A DNA stretch of 32,000 nt from Candidatus Saccharimonadota bacterium (GCF_000090965.1 NC_008513.1:300001-332000); one strand, 5' to 3'. Positions 1 through 10,301 are shown, numbered from the stretch's first letter. Numbers and translations are program-made. The notes: a model not told the origin generated them from the letters alone.

Positions 1-1
1 A

Positions 2-544
2 AATCAAGAAAATGATAGAATTCAAATAGAATGTATATTATCTAGTAGATCATTAATTGGATTTAGATCTGAATTTATGAATATTACTTCTGGTAGTGGT
101 ACTTTTTTTTCTTCTATTAGTCATTATGGTCCTATACAAAAAAAGCAATTCGGGCAAAGAAAAAATGGAGTATTAATTTCAAAAAATACTGGCATAGCTG
201 TATCTTTTTCAATTAATAATTTACAAAATAGAGGAAAAATGTTTATCTCTCATGGAGAAAAAGTTTATGAAGGACAAATTATTGGAATACATAATAGATC
301 TAATGATCTAACGGTAAACTGCTTAACTGGAAAAAAGTTAACTAACATGCGTGCTTCAGGTACTGATGAAGCAATACATTTAGTTAAACCAATTAAAATT
401 ACATTAGAATATGCATTAAATTTTGTTAATGATGACGAATTAATTGAAATAACACCCAATTCAATACGATTTAGAAAATTATATTTAAAAGAAAGTGATA
501 GAAAAAAAGCAAAAAAAGAAAAAAAAATATACTACTATAATTAA
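2..544 (+). CDS. typA: GTP-binding protein TypA/BipA, C-terminal part (5' end outside window)
   Basis: The frame is open from the window edge. NQENDRIQIECILSSRSLIGFRSEFMNITSGSG... and ...GKKLTNMRASGTDEAIHLVKPIKITLEYALNFVNDDELIEITPNSIRFRK match the conserved BipA C-terminal domain. Stop is TAA at 542-544. The ORF-track start at 77 is only an internal Met. Confidence 0.85.
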   Translation, partial: NQENDRIQIECILSSRSLIGFRSEFMNITSGSGTFFSSISHYGPIQKKQFGQRKNGVLISKNTGIAVSFSINNLQNRGKMFISHGEKVYEGQIIGIHNRSNDLTVNCLTGKKLTNMRASGTDEAIHLVKPIKITLEYALNFVNDDELIEITPNSIRFRKLYLKESDRKKAKKEKKIYYYN

Positions 545-565
545 AAAAAATTAAAATAATTTATA

Positions 566-602
566 AAAGAGAATCTTTATATACAAATAAAAGATTCTTT
601 TT
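566..602. terminator. Hairpin between convergent typA and ygfZ (candidate bidirectional terminator)
   Basis: Arm 566-578 (aaagagaatcttt) pairs with arm 590-602 (aaagattcttttt). The core is 9 perfect bp including the only G:C pairs, extended by one G:U and three A:T pairs. The loop is 11 nt. A T-run follows on the + strand and an A-run precedes (a T-run on the - strand). Confidence 0.45.
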
Positions 603-650
603 CATAATTTAAGCATATTAATAAAATTTTTATAAAAATATTTTTATATT

Positions 651-1625
651 TTATATAATATATATTTTATAAAAATTTTCTTTGTTTGATGATAAATAAA
701 AATTATTTTTTTTATTAAAAAATTTTTCTTTCATACGTACTTGTAATAAAATTTTATTTTTATAAACTTTTACCCAAGATAATATTATTCCAGAAATATA
801 TTTATTTCCTTCTTTATCTTTATATTTAACATTTTCATTATTAATAGGAATAGTATTACCAATTCTTCCTATTAATGCACATATAATAAATTTGTTAATT
901 TTTTTGTTTTCATATTTACATAACATTTCTTGTCCATAATAACACCCTTTTGTAAAACTAATTGCATTCCATTTTTTTAAATCTAATGTTTGTAATATAA
1001 ATCTACCAGATATTGTTTTATTGACTATAGGAAAACTAGATTCAATATCTAAAGATATCCACTGTTTATTATTACTAAATAATATTTTTTTTTTATTATC
1101 ATTTAAAAAATTATGTAACATATTTCCTTTTGTTAAGATTAAAAATCTTTTCACTGGATAATTAATTTTTAGAAAAATAATATTTTTAATTTTTGTAACC
1201 ATATTTTTTTTTTTAAAATGTATAAAAAAAAAATTTTTCAATAAATAATAAGAATTAGATCCACATAATCCAAATAAATGAAATTTTTTTTCTTTAAAAA
1301 TTTTTATTTTATAAAATAAAGAATATTTTTTTAATTCTATTAAATGTTTATCGCATACTGAATTATTAATAATATAAAAAAAAGAATCTTTATATTTAAA
1401 TATAAAAAAAATAGCTAAAACTTTTCCATTAATATTACAATGCGCGCCTATTTTATATTTATTTTTATTAATTGTATTTATATTTATTGTAAATTGATTA
1501 TTTAAATAATTTCTTTTGTCTTTTCCTTTTACTCGTATAATAGACCATTGATCTAATTCTATAAAAGTACTAGATAAATTTTTACTTAAATAAATTTTAT
1601 TATTATTTAAAACATTATTTTTCAT
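651..1625 (-). CDS. ygfZ: Folate-dependent tRNA-modification / Fe-S cluster repair protein YgfZ
   Basis: 324 aa, against about 326 aa in E. coli. It carries the family signature KGCYxGQE (ISFTKGCYYGQEMLCKY). It sits beside prfB-lysS as in E. coli. Confidence 0.8.
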   Translation of the reverse strand: MKNNVLNNNKIYLSKNLSSTFIELDQWSIIRVKGKDKRNYLNNQFTININTINKNKYKIGAHCNINGKVLAIFFIFKYKDSFFYIINNSVCDKHLIELKKYSLFYKIKIFKEKKFHLFGLCGSNSYYLLKNFFFIHFKKKNMVTKIKNIIFLKINYPVKRFLILTKGNMLHNFLNDNKKKILFSNNKQWISLDIESSFPIVNKTISGRFILQTLDLKKWNAISFTKGCYYGQEMLCKYENKKINKFIICALIGRIGNTIPINNENVKYKDKEGNKYISGIILSWVKVYKNKILLQVRMKEKFFNKKNNFYLSSNKENFYKIYII

Positions 1626-1780
1626 ATAAAATTAACCTATTTAATAAAAATCTAAAAAAATTTTATAATATATTTATATTATAAATATATTTATATTATA
1701 TAATAATATTTTATAAAATATATTTATATAAAATTTTATCTTATATAAAATAAATATATATAATTAAAAATGAGAACAAA

Positions 1781-2879
1781 ATGTTAGAAATTTCTATATT
1801 AAAGAAAAAAATAAAAAAATTAAAAGATAAAATAACAATATTAAAGAGGAATCTTTGACTATTTTTATATAAAAAAAAAAATAAAATTAATAAATTTTAA
1901 AATAAAAAAACTTTTTAAAAAAAAAAAATTTAAAAAAATATCATCTTTATATAAAAAAAAAAACAATTTTTTAAAAAAAATTAATATATTTAAAAAATTC
2001 AAAAAAAAAATCAAAGATATAAAAAATTGGATAAAAATATTTAAATTAGAAAATGATATTAATATTCTTAAAGAAATAAATATACAATATAAAGCAATAA
2101 AAAATAAAATATATGTTTTGGAATCATATATGATGTTTAATCATAAAAATGATAAAAATAATTGTTATTTAGATATACAATCTGGTTCAGGAGGTTTAGA
2201 ATCACAAGATTGGACAAAAATGTTATTAAAAATGTATTTAAAATATTTATATAAAAAAAAATTTGTAACTAAAATAATTTCTGAAACAGTTGGAGATAAT
2301 GGAGGAATAAAATCCATTACTCTAAGTATTAAAGGAAAATTTGCATTTGGTTGGTTAAGAACAGAAACAGGAATACATAGGCTAGTTAGAAAAAGTCCTT
2401 TTGATGCAGGAAAAAAAAGACATACTACATTTAGTTCAATATTTGTATATCCAGCATTAACAAATAATATTGATATAAATCTTCAATCTAAAAATTTAAG
2501 AATTGATGTATATAGATCTTCTGGAGCTGGAGGACAACATGTAAATCGAACAGAATCAGCAGTTCGTATAACACATCTTCCAACTGGAATAGTAACACAA
2601 TGTCAAAATAGCAGATCACAACACAAAAATAAAAATACAGCAATAAAACAATTAAAAGCAAAATTATACGAAATAGAAATAAAAAAAAAAAAAATAGAAA
2701 AAAAAAAAATAAATAAAAAAAAATCAAATATTCGATCAGGAAATCAAATTCGTTCATATATATTAGATGATTCAAGAATAAAAGATATGAGAACTAAATT
2801 AGAAAGGAAAGATATTAATAATGTTTTAAATGGTGATATTCATGAATTCATTAAAAAAAGTTTAAAAATGGGATTTTAA
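1781..2879 (+). CDS. prfB: Peptide chain release factor 2, join(1781..1855,1857..2879) via programmed +1 frameshift
   Basis: ATG 1781 opens a 25-codon leader (MLEISILKKKIKKLKDKITILKRNL) ending CTT TGA at 1853-1858. The +1 frame from 1857 (GAC TAT...) stays open, as translated by hand, into the listed ORF 2118..2879. That ORF contains DIQSGSGG, RKSPFD (SPF) and SGAGGQHVNRTESAVRITH (GGQ). Confidence 0.9.
1846..1859 (+). promoter_or_regulatory. RF2 autoregulatory +1 frameshift site (SD-like GAGG, 3-nt spacer, CTT TGA C)
   Basis: The sequence is aagAGGaatCTTTGAC. E. coli has AGGGGGuauCUUUGAC, with the same slippery CUU, the same in-frame UGA followed by C, and the same 3-nt spacing from the SD-like element. 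Confidence 0.85.
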
Positions 2880-2881
2880 AT

Positions 2882-4390
2882 ATGTCAAAAACTTTAAAAA
2901 TAATTCAAAAAAAAAAATCCTTAGAAAAAGAATTATATACAAGAAAAAAAAAACTAAAAAAATTAAAAAAATTAGGTTTTAATTTTCCAAATACTTTTCA
3001 TTATATACATACAATTAAAGAAATAAAAAAATTATATAATAATTATACAAAAAAAGAATTAGAAAAAATTAACTATAAAACGAAAATTTCAGGAAGAATA
3101 GTAAATAAAAGAACTTTTGGTAAAGCGTTATTCTTTGTTATACGAAATAATAATCATGACATTCAAATATATATTAAAAGTAATTATTTTCCAAAAAATT
3201 ATTATCAAAAAAATATTCTTGAATTAGATTTAGGTGATATTATTGGGGTAAAAGGAAAAATATTTAAAACAAATACATGCGAGTTATCAATTTTATGTAA
3301 AAAAATATATTTATTAACTAAATCTTTAAGATCTTTACCTGATAAATATTTTGGATTAAAAAATCAAGAAATTAAATATAGAAAAAGATATTTAGATTTA
3401 ATATCTAATAATAAAATTATTAAAATTTTTCAAAAAAGATCATTAATTATATCTAACATAAGATCTTTTATGAAACAAAAAAAATTCTTGGAAGTTGAAA
3501 CTCCTATGTTACATCCTATCCCAGGTGGAGCTAATGCAAAACCATTCATCACTTATCATAATTCATTAAACGAAAAAATGTATTTAAGAATAGCACCTGA
3601 ATTATATCTTAAAAAATTAATTATTGGTGGTTTTAATAAAATATTTGAAATAAATAGAAATTTTAGAAATGAAGGTATATCAACAAAACATAATCCAGAA
3701 TTTACAATGATGGAAATTTATATGTCTTATAGTAATTATATTGATATAATGAATTTATTAGAAGAATTATGTATTTTTTTAGTAAAAAAAATTTCTAAAT
3801 CATTAATTATTATGTATAAATCAAAAAAAATAAATTTTAAAAAACCTATAAAAAAAATGACAATGATTGAATCTATTTTAAAATTTAATAAAAATATTGA
3901 TATATCTAATTTTAAAAATATAAAAAATATAAAAAAAACTGCAACAAATCTTAATATTAAAATTGATTCAAATGCATCTTTAGGAGAAATTACAAATTTA
4001 ATTTTTGAAAAAACAACAGAAAAAAAAATTATTCAACCAACATTTATTACTGAGTATCCAATTGAAATTTCTCCATTAGCAAAAGAAAAAAATAAATATT
4101 TTGCAGAAAGATTTGAATTTTTTATTGCAGGTTATGAAATAGCAAACGGTTTTTCTGAATTAAATGATCCAGAAGAACAAAAAAAACGATTTAAATTACA
4201 AATATCTAAAAAAAATTATACAGATAAATCAAAAAATTTTTCTTATGATAAAGATTATATTATTGCTTTAGAACACGGTTTACCTCCTACATCTGGATTA
4301 GGAGTAGGAATTGATAGATTGATTATGATTTTAACTAATCAAAAAACTATAAAAGATATTATTTTTTTTCCTTTATTAAAAAAAATTTAA
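2882..4390 (+). CDS. lysS: Lysine--tRNA ligase (class II)
   Basis: 502 aa. Class II motifs are present: FLEVETPMLHPIPGGANAKPF, FRNEGISTKHNPEFTMMEIY, GLGVGIDRLIMILT. The start lies 2 nt after the prfB stop, giving the conserved prfB-lysS operon. Confidence 0.95.
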   Translation: MSKTLKIIQKKKSLEKELYTRKKKLKKLKKLGFNFPNTFHYIHTIKEIKKLYNNYTKKELEKINYKTKISGRIVNKRTFGKALFFVIRNNNHDIQIYIKSNYFPKNYYQKNILELDLGDIIGVKGKIFKTNTCELSILCKKIYLLTKSLRSLPDKYFGLKNQEIKYRKRYLDLISNNKIIKIFQKRSLIISNIRSFMKQKKFLEVETPMLHPIPGGANAKPFITYHNSLNEKMYLRIAPELYLKKLIIGGFNKIFEINRNFRNEGISTKHNPEFTMMEIYMSYSNYIDIMNLLEELCIFLVKKISKSLIIMYKSKKINFKKPIKKMTMIESILKFNKNIDISNFKNIKNIKKTATNLNIKIDSNASLGEITNLIFEKTTEKKIIQPTFITEYPIEISPLAKEKNKYFAERFEFFIAGYEIANGFSELNDPEEQKKRFKLQISKKNYTDKSKNFSYDKDYIIALEHGLPPTSGLGVGIDRLIMILTNQKTIKDIIFFPLLKKI

Positions 4391-4495
4391 TATTAATTAA
4401 ATTAAATTAAATAAATATTTTTATATATAAAATTTTTAAATAAAATATATTTATAAAAATTTTTAAAAAAATATTTATATTTTAGGATTTTTAAT

Positions 4496-5746
4496 ATGAC
4501 ACATATATATAATTTACAAAAAAAGATGCTTACAAGAAAAAATTTATTATTTTTAATAAAAAAATATAAAACTCCAATATGGATATATAATTCAGAAATT
4601 ATTAAAAAACAAATAAAAAAACTAAAAAAATTTGATATTATTAGATTTGCTCAAAAATCTTGTTCTAACATTCATATTTTAAAATTAATGAGAAAAAAAA
4701 ACATAAAAATTGATGCAGTTTCGTTAGGAGAAATAGAACGAGCATTACTAGCTGGATTTAAACCAAAAAATAATAATATTGTTTTTACATCAGACATTAT
4801 AGAAAATAAAGTCTTAAAAAAAGTTATTAAATATAAAATACCAGTAAATGCTGGTTCTATTGATATGTTAAAAAAAATTGGAAAAAAATCATTGAAACAT
4901 CCAGTATGGATTAGAATTAATCCAAAATTTGGTGACGGACATCATATTAAAACAAATACTGGTGGAGAAAATAGCAAACATGGGATATGGAATCCTAAAA
5001 AAGCTTTATCTGTTATAAAAAAATATAAATTAAATCTTATTGGATTACATATACATATAGGCTCCGGGATAAAAACAAAAAATTTACATAAAGTTTGTAA
5101 TGCTATGAAAAAATATGCAATTAAATTAAAAACAAAAATAAAATTTATATCTGCCGGAGGTGGAATTAGTATTCCATATAAATCTAAAGAAAAAGAAATT
5201 AACATAAAAGATTATTTTTCACAATGGGATAAAACAAAAAAAAAAATTTCTTCTATATTAAATTGTTCTATTCAATTAGAAATTGAACCTGGTCGATTTT
5301 TAACAGCTCAATCAGGAATTTTAATTGCTAAAGTATATGCAATAAAAAAAATGGGTAAAAACATTTTTGTATTAATAAATTCAGGATTTAATGATTTAAT
5401 TCGACCTATTTTATATGGTAGTTACCATAAAATAACTGTATTTCATAAAAAAAAATCAAAGAAAAAAAGAAAAAAAATAAAAACTATCTTTGCTGAACCG
5501 TTATGTGAATCTGGTGATGTTTTTACAATAAAAAAAAATGAAATTATTTTTCATAGAAAAATACCACAAGTTAAACTTGGTGATTATATTATTATACATG
5601 ATACCGGAGCTTATGGATCTTCTATGTCATCAAATTATAATAGTAGACCATTTATTCCAGAAATCTTATATAAAAAAAACAATTTTGTACAAATTAGAAG
5701 ACGCCAAACAATAAAAGAAATGTTATCATTAGAAACATTAATATAA
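4496..5746 (+). CDS. lysA: Diaminopimelate decarboxylase
   Basis: 416 aa. Motifs include FAQKSCSNIHILK (PLP-binding Lys region), HIHIGSG, EPGRFLTAQSG, PLCESGDVF and DTGAYGSSMSSNYNSRP. Confidence 0.9.
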   Translation: MTHIYNLQKKMLTRKNLLFLIKKYKTPIWIYNSEIIKKQIKKLKKFDIIRFAQKSCSNIHILKLMRKKNIKIDAVSLGEIERALLAGFKPKNNNIVFTSDIIENKVLKKVIKYKIPVNAGSIDMLKKIGKKSLKHPVWIRINPKFGDGHHIKTNTGGENSKHGIWNPKKALSVIKKYKLNLIGLHIHIGSGIKTKNLHKVCNAMKKYAIKLKTKIKFISAGGGISIPYKSKEKEINIKDYFSQWDKTKKKISSILNCSIQLEIEPGRFLTAQSGILIAKVYAIKKMGKNIFVLINSGFNDLIRPILYGSYHKITVFHKKKSKKKRKKIKTIFAEPLCESGDVFTIKKNEIIFHRKIPQVKLGDYIIIHDTGAYGSSMSSNYNSRPFIPEILYKKNNFVQIRRRQTIKEMLSLETLI

Positions 5747-5795
5747 TAACTAAAAAAAATATAAATAAATATTATTTAAAAGTTAAAAATTATTT

Positions 5796-7156
5796 ATGAA
5801 AAAAAACAAAAAAAAAAAAAAATATATATTTAAACTTGGGGATGTCAAATGAATGAACATGATTCCTCAATCATAGAAAATATATTAAAAAAAACAAATT
5901 TATATATAATTACAAAAAAACCAGAAATATCTGATATTTTAATTTTAAATACATGCTCTATTAGAGAAAAAGCTCAAGAAAAATTATTCCATCAATTAGG
6001 ACGTTGGAAAAAACTAAAACAAAAAAATTCAAAAATATTAATTGCTGTAGGAGGATGTGTTGCTGTTCAAGAAGGAAAGAAAATTTATAAAAGAGCAAAA
6101 TTTATTGATATAATTTTTGGACCACAAACATTACATAAATTACCTAAGTTATTAATAGAATCAAATAAAAAAAAAAGTCTTATTATAAATATTAAAAAAA
6201 AATCATTAAAAAAATTTAATTATACAATAAATAAAAATACAAATATAAAAAAAAAATTTTCTTCATTTGTAACTATTATGGAAGGATGTAATAAATATTG
6301 TTCTTTTTGTATTGTTCCATATACAAGAGGAAAAGAAGTTAGTAGAAATAATAAAAAAATAATTTCAGAAATAATAGAATTATCTAAAAAAGGAGTACGT
6401 GAAATAACACTTTTAGGACAAAATGTAAATGCATATAAATTTTCTGATACTTTTAATAAAAAAAATTATAGTTTTTCAGATTTATTATACTCAATATCAG
6501 AAATCCCTAGAATTGATAGAATTCGATTTATTACCAGTCATCCTGTGGAATTTAATAACAATATAATAGAAGCATATAAAAAAATTCCTAAATTAACAAA
6601 TTTTCTACACTTACCGGTACAAAGTGGTTCTAATAAAATTTTAAAATTAATGAAACGAGGATATACTATAGAAAAATATGAAAACATTGTAAATAAAATA
6701 AAAAAAATACGTCCAAAAATAAATATTAGTTCAGATTTTATTATCGGATTTCCAGGTGAAACTAAAGAAGATTTTCAAAAAACAATTTATTTTATTTCAA
6801 AAATTAATTTCGATACAAGTTATAGTTTTATTTACTCAAAAAGACCTCGAACAAGAGCTTCTAAACTAGAAGATAATGTAACGATGGAAGAAAAAAAAAA
6901 GAGATTATATAAAGTTCAACAAAAAATCAATCAACAAGCATTTCAATGGAAAAGAAGAAGTACTGAACAAATAGTTTTAGTAGAAGGAATTTCAAAAAAC
7001 AATATACAAGAATTATATGGAAGAACAGAAAATAATAGAACAGTTTTTTTTGAAGGTAATCCTAAATTTATTGGAAACTTTATAAAATTAAAAATTATAA
7101 GTATTAAATATAATACTTTTCTAAAAGGAAAAATTATTTCTAATAATTATTTTTAG
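5796..7156 (+). CDS. miaB: tRNA-i6A37 methylthiotransferase MiaB with a disrupted 5' end (uninterrupted ORF only 5849..7156)
   Basis: The body is intact: NTCSIREKAQEK, GGCVA, radical-SAM CNKYCSFC, LHLPVQSGS, and a TRAM-like C-terminus. The conserved N-terminus ..K-TWGCQMNE is split. ATG 5796 is in frame 0 and stops at TGA 5850. TWGCQMNEHDSS is in frame 2, directly preceded by TAA 5831-5833. Confidence 0.85.
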
Positions 7157-7189
7157 TAATAGAATAATTAAAAATTTTGTAAAAAATTG

Positions 7190-7660
7190 ATGAATATAAA
7201 GAAAAACTTAATGAAAATTGATATTCAAAATGTATGTAAGAAAAATATTTTTTTTCCAAAAAAAAAATATTTTTTTTTATGGTTAAAAAATATTTTTAAA
7301 AATAAAAAAATAGAAATAACTATTAGAATAGTTGACATGTTAGAAATGAAATTTCTTAATAAAAAATATAAAAAAAAAAATTCTTTAACTAATGTACTAT
7401 CATTTCAATCACCGGATTCGATAAAAATTAAACATAGATTTTTAAATTATATAGGAGATATAATTTTATGTGCTCCATATATTAACAAAGAGGCAAATAT
7501 TTTAAAAAAAAAAAAAATAGAACTTTGGGCGCATATGACTATTCATTCAACTTTACATTTACTACATTATTCACATAAAGATTCTAAATCAAAAAAAAAC
7601 ATGCAAAAAACTGAAATATATATTATGAAAAAGTTAGGATATAATAATCCATATAATTAA
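7190..7660 (+). CDS. ybeY: Endoribonuclease YbeY (16S rRNA 3' maturation)
   Basis: About 156 aa with the zinc-binding motif HSTLHLLHYSH (H..H.....H). The ATG at 7190 is immediately preceded by an in-frame TTG at 7187, which is the ORF-track start. Confidence 0.85.
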   Translation: MNIKKNLMKIDIQNVCKKNIFFPKKKYFFLWLKNIFKNKKIEITIRIVDMLEMKFLNKKYKKKNSLTNVLSFQSPDSIKIKHRFLNYIGDIILCAPYINKEANILKKKKIELWAHMTIHSTLHLLHYSHKDSKSKKNMQKTEIYIMKKLGYNNPYN

Positions 7661-7713
7661 ATAATATATAATTTATTATTAAATTTGAAAATATTTTAAA
7701 TACATAAAAAACT

Positions 7714-10257
7714 ATGAAAAATAATAATTATAATCCTAAAAAGATTGAAAAATATGTTCAAAAATACTGGGTAAAAAAAAAAATATTTTTTACTAAAATA
7801 GATAAAGAAAAAAAAAAGTTTTATTGTTTACCTATGTTACCTTATCCATCTGGCAAATTACATATGGGTCATGTAAGAAATTATACAATAAGTGATGTTA
7901 TATCAAGATTTCATAGAATGTTAGGAAAAAATGTTTTACAACCTATAGGATGGGATTCATTTGGTTTACCTGCAGAAGAAACAGCAATAAAAAATAATAT
8001 ATCACCAAAAAAATGGACATTTAAAAATATAAAAACAATGAAGAAACAGTTACAATCTTTAGGATTTAGCTATGATTGGAATAAAGAAATTACTACATGT
8101 AATCCTGAATATTATCGTTGGGAACAATTATTTTTTATAAAATTATTTAAAAAAAAATTAATTTATAAAAAAAAATCAATTGTTAATTGGTGTGAAAAAG
8201 ACAAAACAGTATTAGCAAATGAACAAGTACAAAAAGGAGTATGTTGGAGATGTGGAACTAAAATAAAACTAAGAAAAATATCTCAATGGTTTATAAAAAT
8301 AAAAAAATATGCAGATAAATTTTTAAAAGATCTAAAATTATTAAAAAAATGGCCAAAAGAAGTTATTTCTATGCAGAAAAATTGGATTGGAAAATCCAAA
8401 GGATTAAAAATAAAATGTAAAATATATAAAAAAAAATATTTTTTAAAAATATTTACAACAAAACCAGAAACTATTATGGGTATATCTTTTTTTGCAATTT
8501 CTATGTATCACCCGTTAATAAATTTATTTCTTAGAAAAAATATAGAAATACAAAAATTTTTAAAAAAAAATAAATATTCAATTAACACAGAATTTCAAAA
8601 AAGTAACATACTTTTTGGTATTAATACACATTTATATGTAATTCATCCTATAAATAAAAAAAAAATACCATTATGGATTTCTAATTATGTCAAATATAAT
8701 TATGCTACTGGGGCTATTATGAGTGTACCTTGTAGTAATAAAATTGATTATAACTTTTCTAAATTATATAATATACCATTCATCAAAATATTCTCAAAGA
8801 AAAATAAAAAATTATTAATAAATAGTGATAATTTTAATAATTTAAATATAAAAAAAGCTAGAAATAAAATTTCTAATTTTCTAATTAATAAAAAAATTGC
8901 GAAAAAATATATATATTATAAAATACAAGATTGGTGTATATCTAGACAAAGATATTGGGGAACTCCTATACCTATAGTTATAGATAATAAAAAAAATATT
9001 ATTACTGTTCCTAAAAAAAAACTACCAGTTATATTACCTAAATATATATATAAAAAAAAATCATTACAATCTCTATCATTATATTCTTTATGGTTAAAAA
9101 CTAAAATATCAGGAAAAAAAGTAACAAGAGAAACAGATACCTTAGATACTTTTATGGAATCATCTTGGTATTATGCGAGATATACTAATCCTAAATATGA
9201 AAAAGATATTATTGATCCTAAAGCATCAGAATATTGGTTACCTGTAGATCAATATATTGGAGGAATTGAACATGCAGTTATGCATTTAATATATTTTCGA
9301 TTTTATCATAAATTATTATATGATTTTGGATATGTACAATCTAAAGAACCTGTAAAAAAATTAATTTGCCAAGGCATGGTTATAATTGATTCATTTTATA
9401 AATATAATAAAGATGGTAGTAAAAAATGGTTATCAATATCTAAAATAGAAATAAACAGAGATTCAAAAGGAAAAATAATAAGTGCTATTGAAAAATCCAG
9501 TCAAAAAAAAATTATTTATGCTGGAAAAATAAAAATGTCAAAATCAAAAAATAATGGTATTGATCCAGTTAATATCATTAAACAATATGGAGCAGATTCT
9601 TTACGTTTATTTATTATGTTTGCTGCTCCAATAAACATATCATTAGAATGGAATTCAAAAAATATTATTGGAATGCATAGATTTTTAAAAAAAATATGGA
9701 ATTTTGTATTTATAATAATAAAAAAGAAAAAAGAAAAAATAAAAAAAATAGATCTTAATAAAAATAAAAAAACATATATATATAAATTAAATACAATAAT
9801 AAAAAAAGTAACATATAATATTCAAGAAAGAAATTCTTTTAATACAGCAATTGCTGAAATAATAAAATTTTTTAATTATCTAGTAAAATTATATAAAATA
9901 TATAATATAAAAAAAAAAAATTTAATATTTTGTATTAGCACTATCATAAAAATGTTATATCCTTTTACACCTCATATTTGTTTTATTTTATGGAAAAAAA
10001 TATATGGAAAAAAAAGTTGTATAGAAAAAGAAACTTGGCCAAAATTTAATAAAAAATTTTTTTTAAAAGAAAAGAACAATATAATTATTCAAATTAATGG
10101 AAAAAAAAAAGATATAATGAAAATTCATGCAATAATATCAAAAAAAGAAATTATTAAATTAATTTTAAAAAATGAAAAAATAAAAAAACATTTATATAAA
10201 AAAATAATCAAAAAAACTATTTATATTCCTAATAAAGTTATTAATTTTGTATTATAA
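7714..10257 (+). CDS. leuS: Leucine--tRNA ligase
   Basis: 847 aa. It has the HIGH-type motif PYPSGKLHMGHVRNY, the KMSKS motif (KMSKSKNNG), and a CP1/zinc region (CWRCGTK). Confidence 0.95.
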   Translation: MKNNNYNPKKIEKYVQKYWVKKKIFFTKIDKEKKKFYCLPMLPYPSGKLHMGHVRNYTISDVISRFHRMLGKNVLQPIGWDSFGLPAEETAIKNNISPKKWTFKNIKTMKKQLQSLGFSYDWNKEITTCNPEYYRWEQLFFIKLFKKKLIYKKKSIVNWCEKDKTVLANEQVQKGVCWRCGTKIKLRKISQWFIKIKKYADKFLKDLKLLKKWPKEVISMQKNWIGKSKGLKIKCKIYKKKYFLKIFTTKPETIMGISFFAISMYHPLINLFLRKNIEIQKFLKKNKYSINTEFQKSNILFGINTHLYVIHPINKKKIPLWISNYVKYNYATGAIMSVPCSNKIDYNFSKLYNIPFIKIFSKKNKKLLINSDNFNNLNIKKARNKISNFLINKKIAKKYIYYKIQDWCISRQRYWGTPIPIVIDNKKNIITVPKKKLPVILPKYIYKKKSLQSLSLYSLWLKTKISGKKVTRETDTLDTFMESSWYYARYTNPKYEKDIIDPKASEYWLPVDQYIGGIEHAVMHLIYFRFYHKLLYDFGYVQSKEPVKKLICQGMVIIDSFYKYNKDGSKKWLSISKIEINRDSKGKIISAIEKSSQKKIIYAGKIKMSKSKNNGIDPVNIIKQYGADSLRLFIMFAAPINISLEWNSKNIIGMHRFLKKIWNFVFIIIKKKKEKIKKIDLNKNKKTYIYKLNTIIKKVTYNIQERNSFNTAIAEIIKFFNYLVKLYKIYNIKKKNLIFCISTIIKMLYPFTPHICFILWKKIYGKKSCIEKETWPKFNKKFFLKEKNNIIIQINGKKKDIMKIHAIISKKEIIKLILKNEKIKKHLYKKIIKKTIYIPNKVINFVL

Positions 10258-10301
10258 AAAATTAATTAAATTTTAATTTATAAAATTTAAAAAGAAAAAT
10301 T

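Noticed and set aside
1669-1730. The motif TATATTTATAT(T)A occurs three times (1669-1683, 1686-1700, 1719-1730) in the divergent ygfZ/prfB promoter region.
   Set aside because: It is made only of A and T in a spacer that is 100% A/T. Such short tandem duplications arise readily by slippage and resemble -10 boxes by composition alone. I cannot support a specific regulatory call.
2488-2775. A 95-aa antisense ORF lies opposite prfB. Similar ORFs lie at 265-459 and 4942-5205, and a 63-aa one at 14561-14752.
   Set aside because: They lie entirely within well-supported genes on the other strand. They translate to Phe/Leu/Ile low-complexity strings produced by poly(T), the complement of Lys-rich poly(A). 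They have no motifs and no SD.
5829-5835. TTTAAAC, the canonical -1 ribosomal slippery heptamer (U UUA AAC), sits exactly at the miaB frame break.
   Set aside because: The phasing is wrong. That heptamer needs incoming codons UUA AAC (frame 1) and slips into frame 0, whereas rescue of miaB needs frame 0 to frame 2. In frame 0 the tRNA-Lys on AAA would have to re-pair with UAA. I saw no downstream stimulatory structure. A simple 1-nt deletion is more likely.
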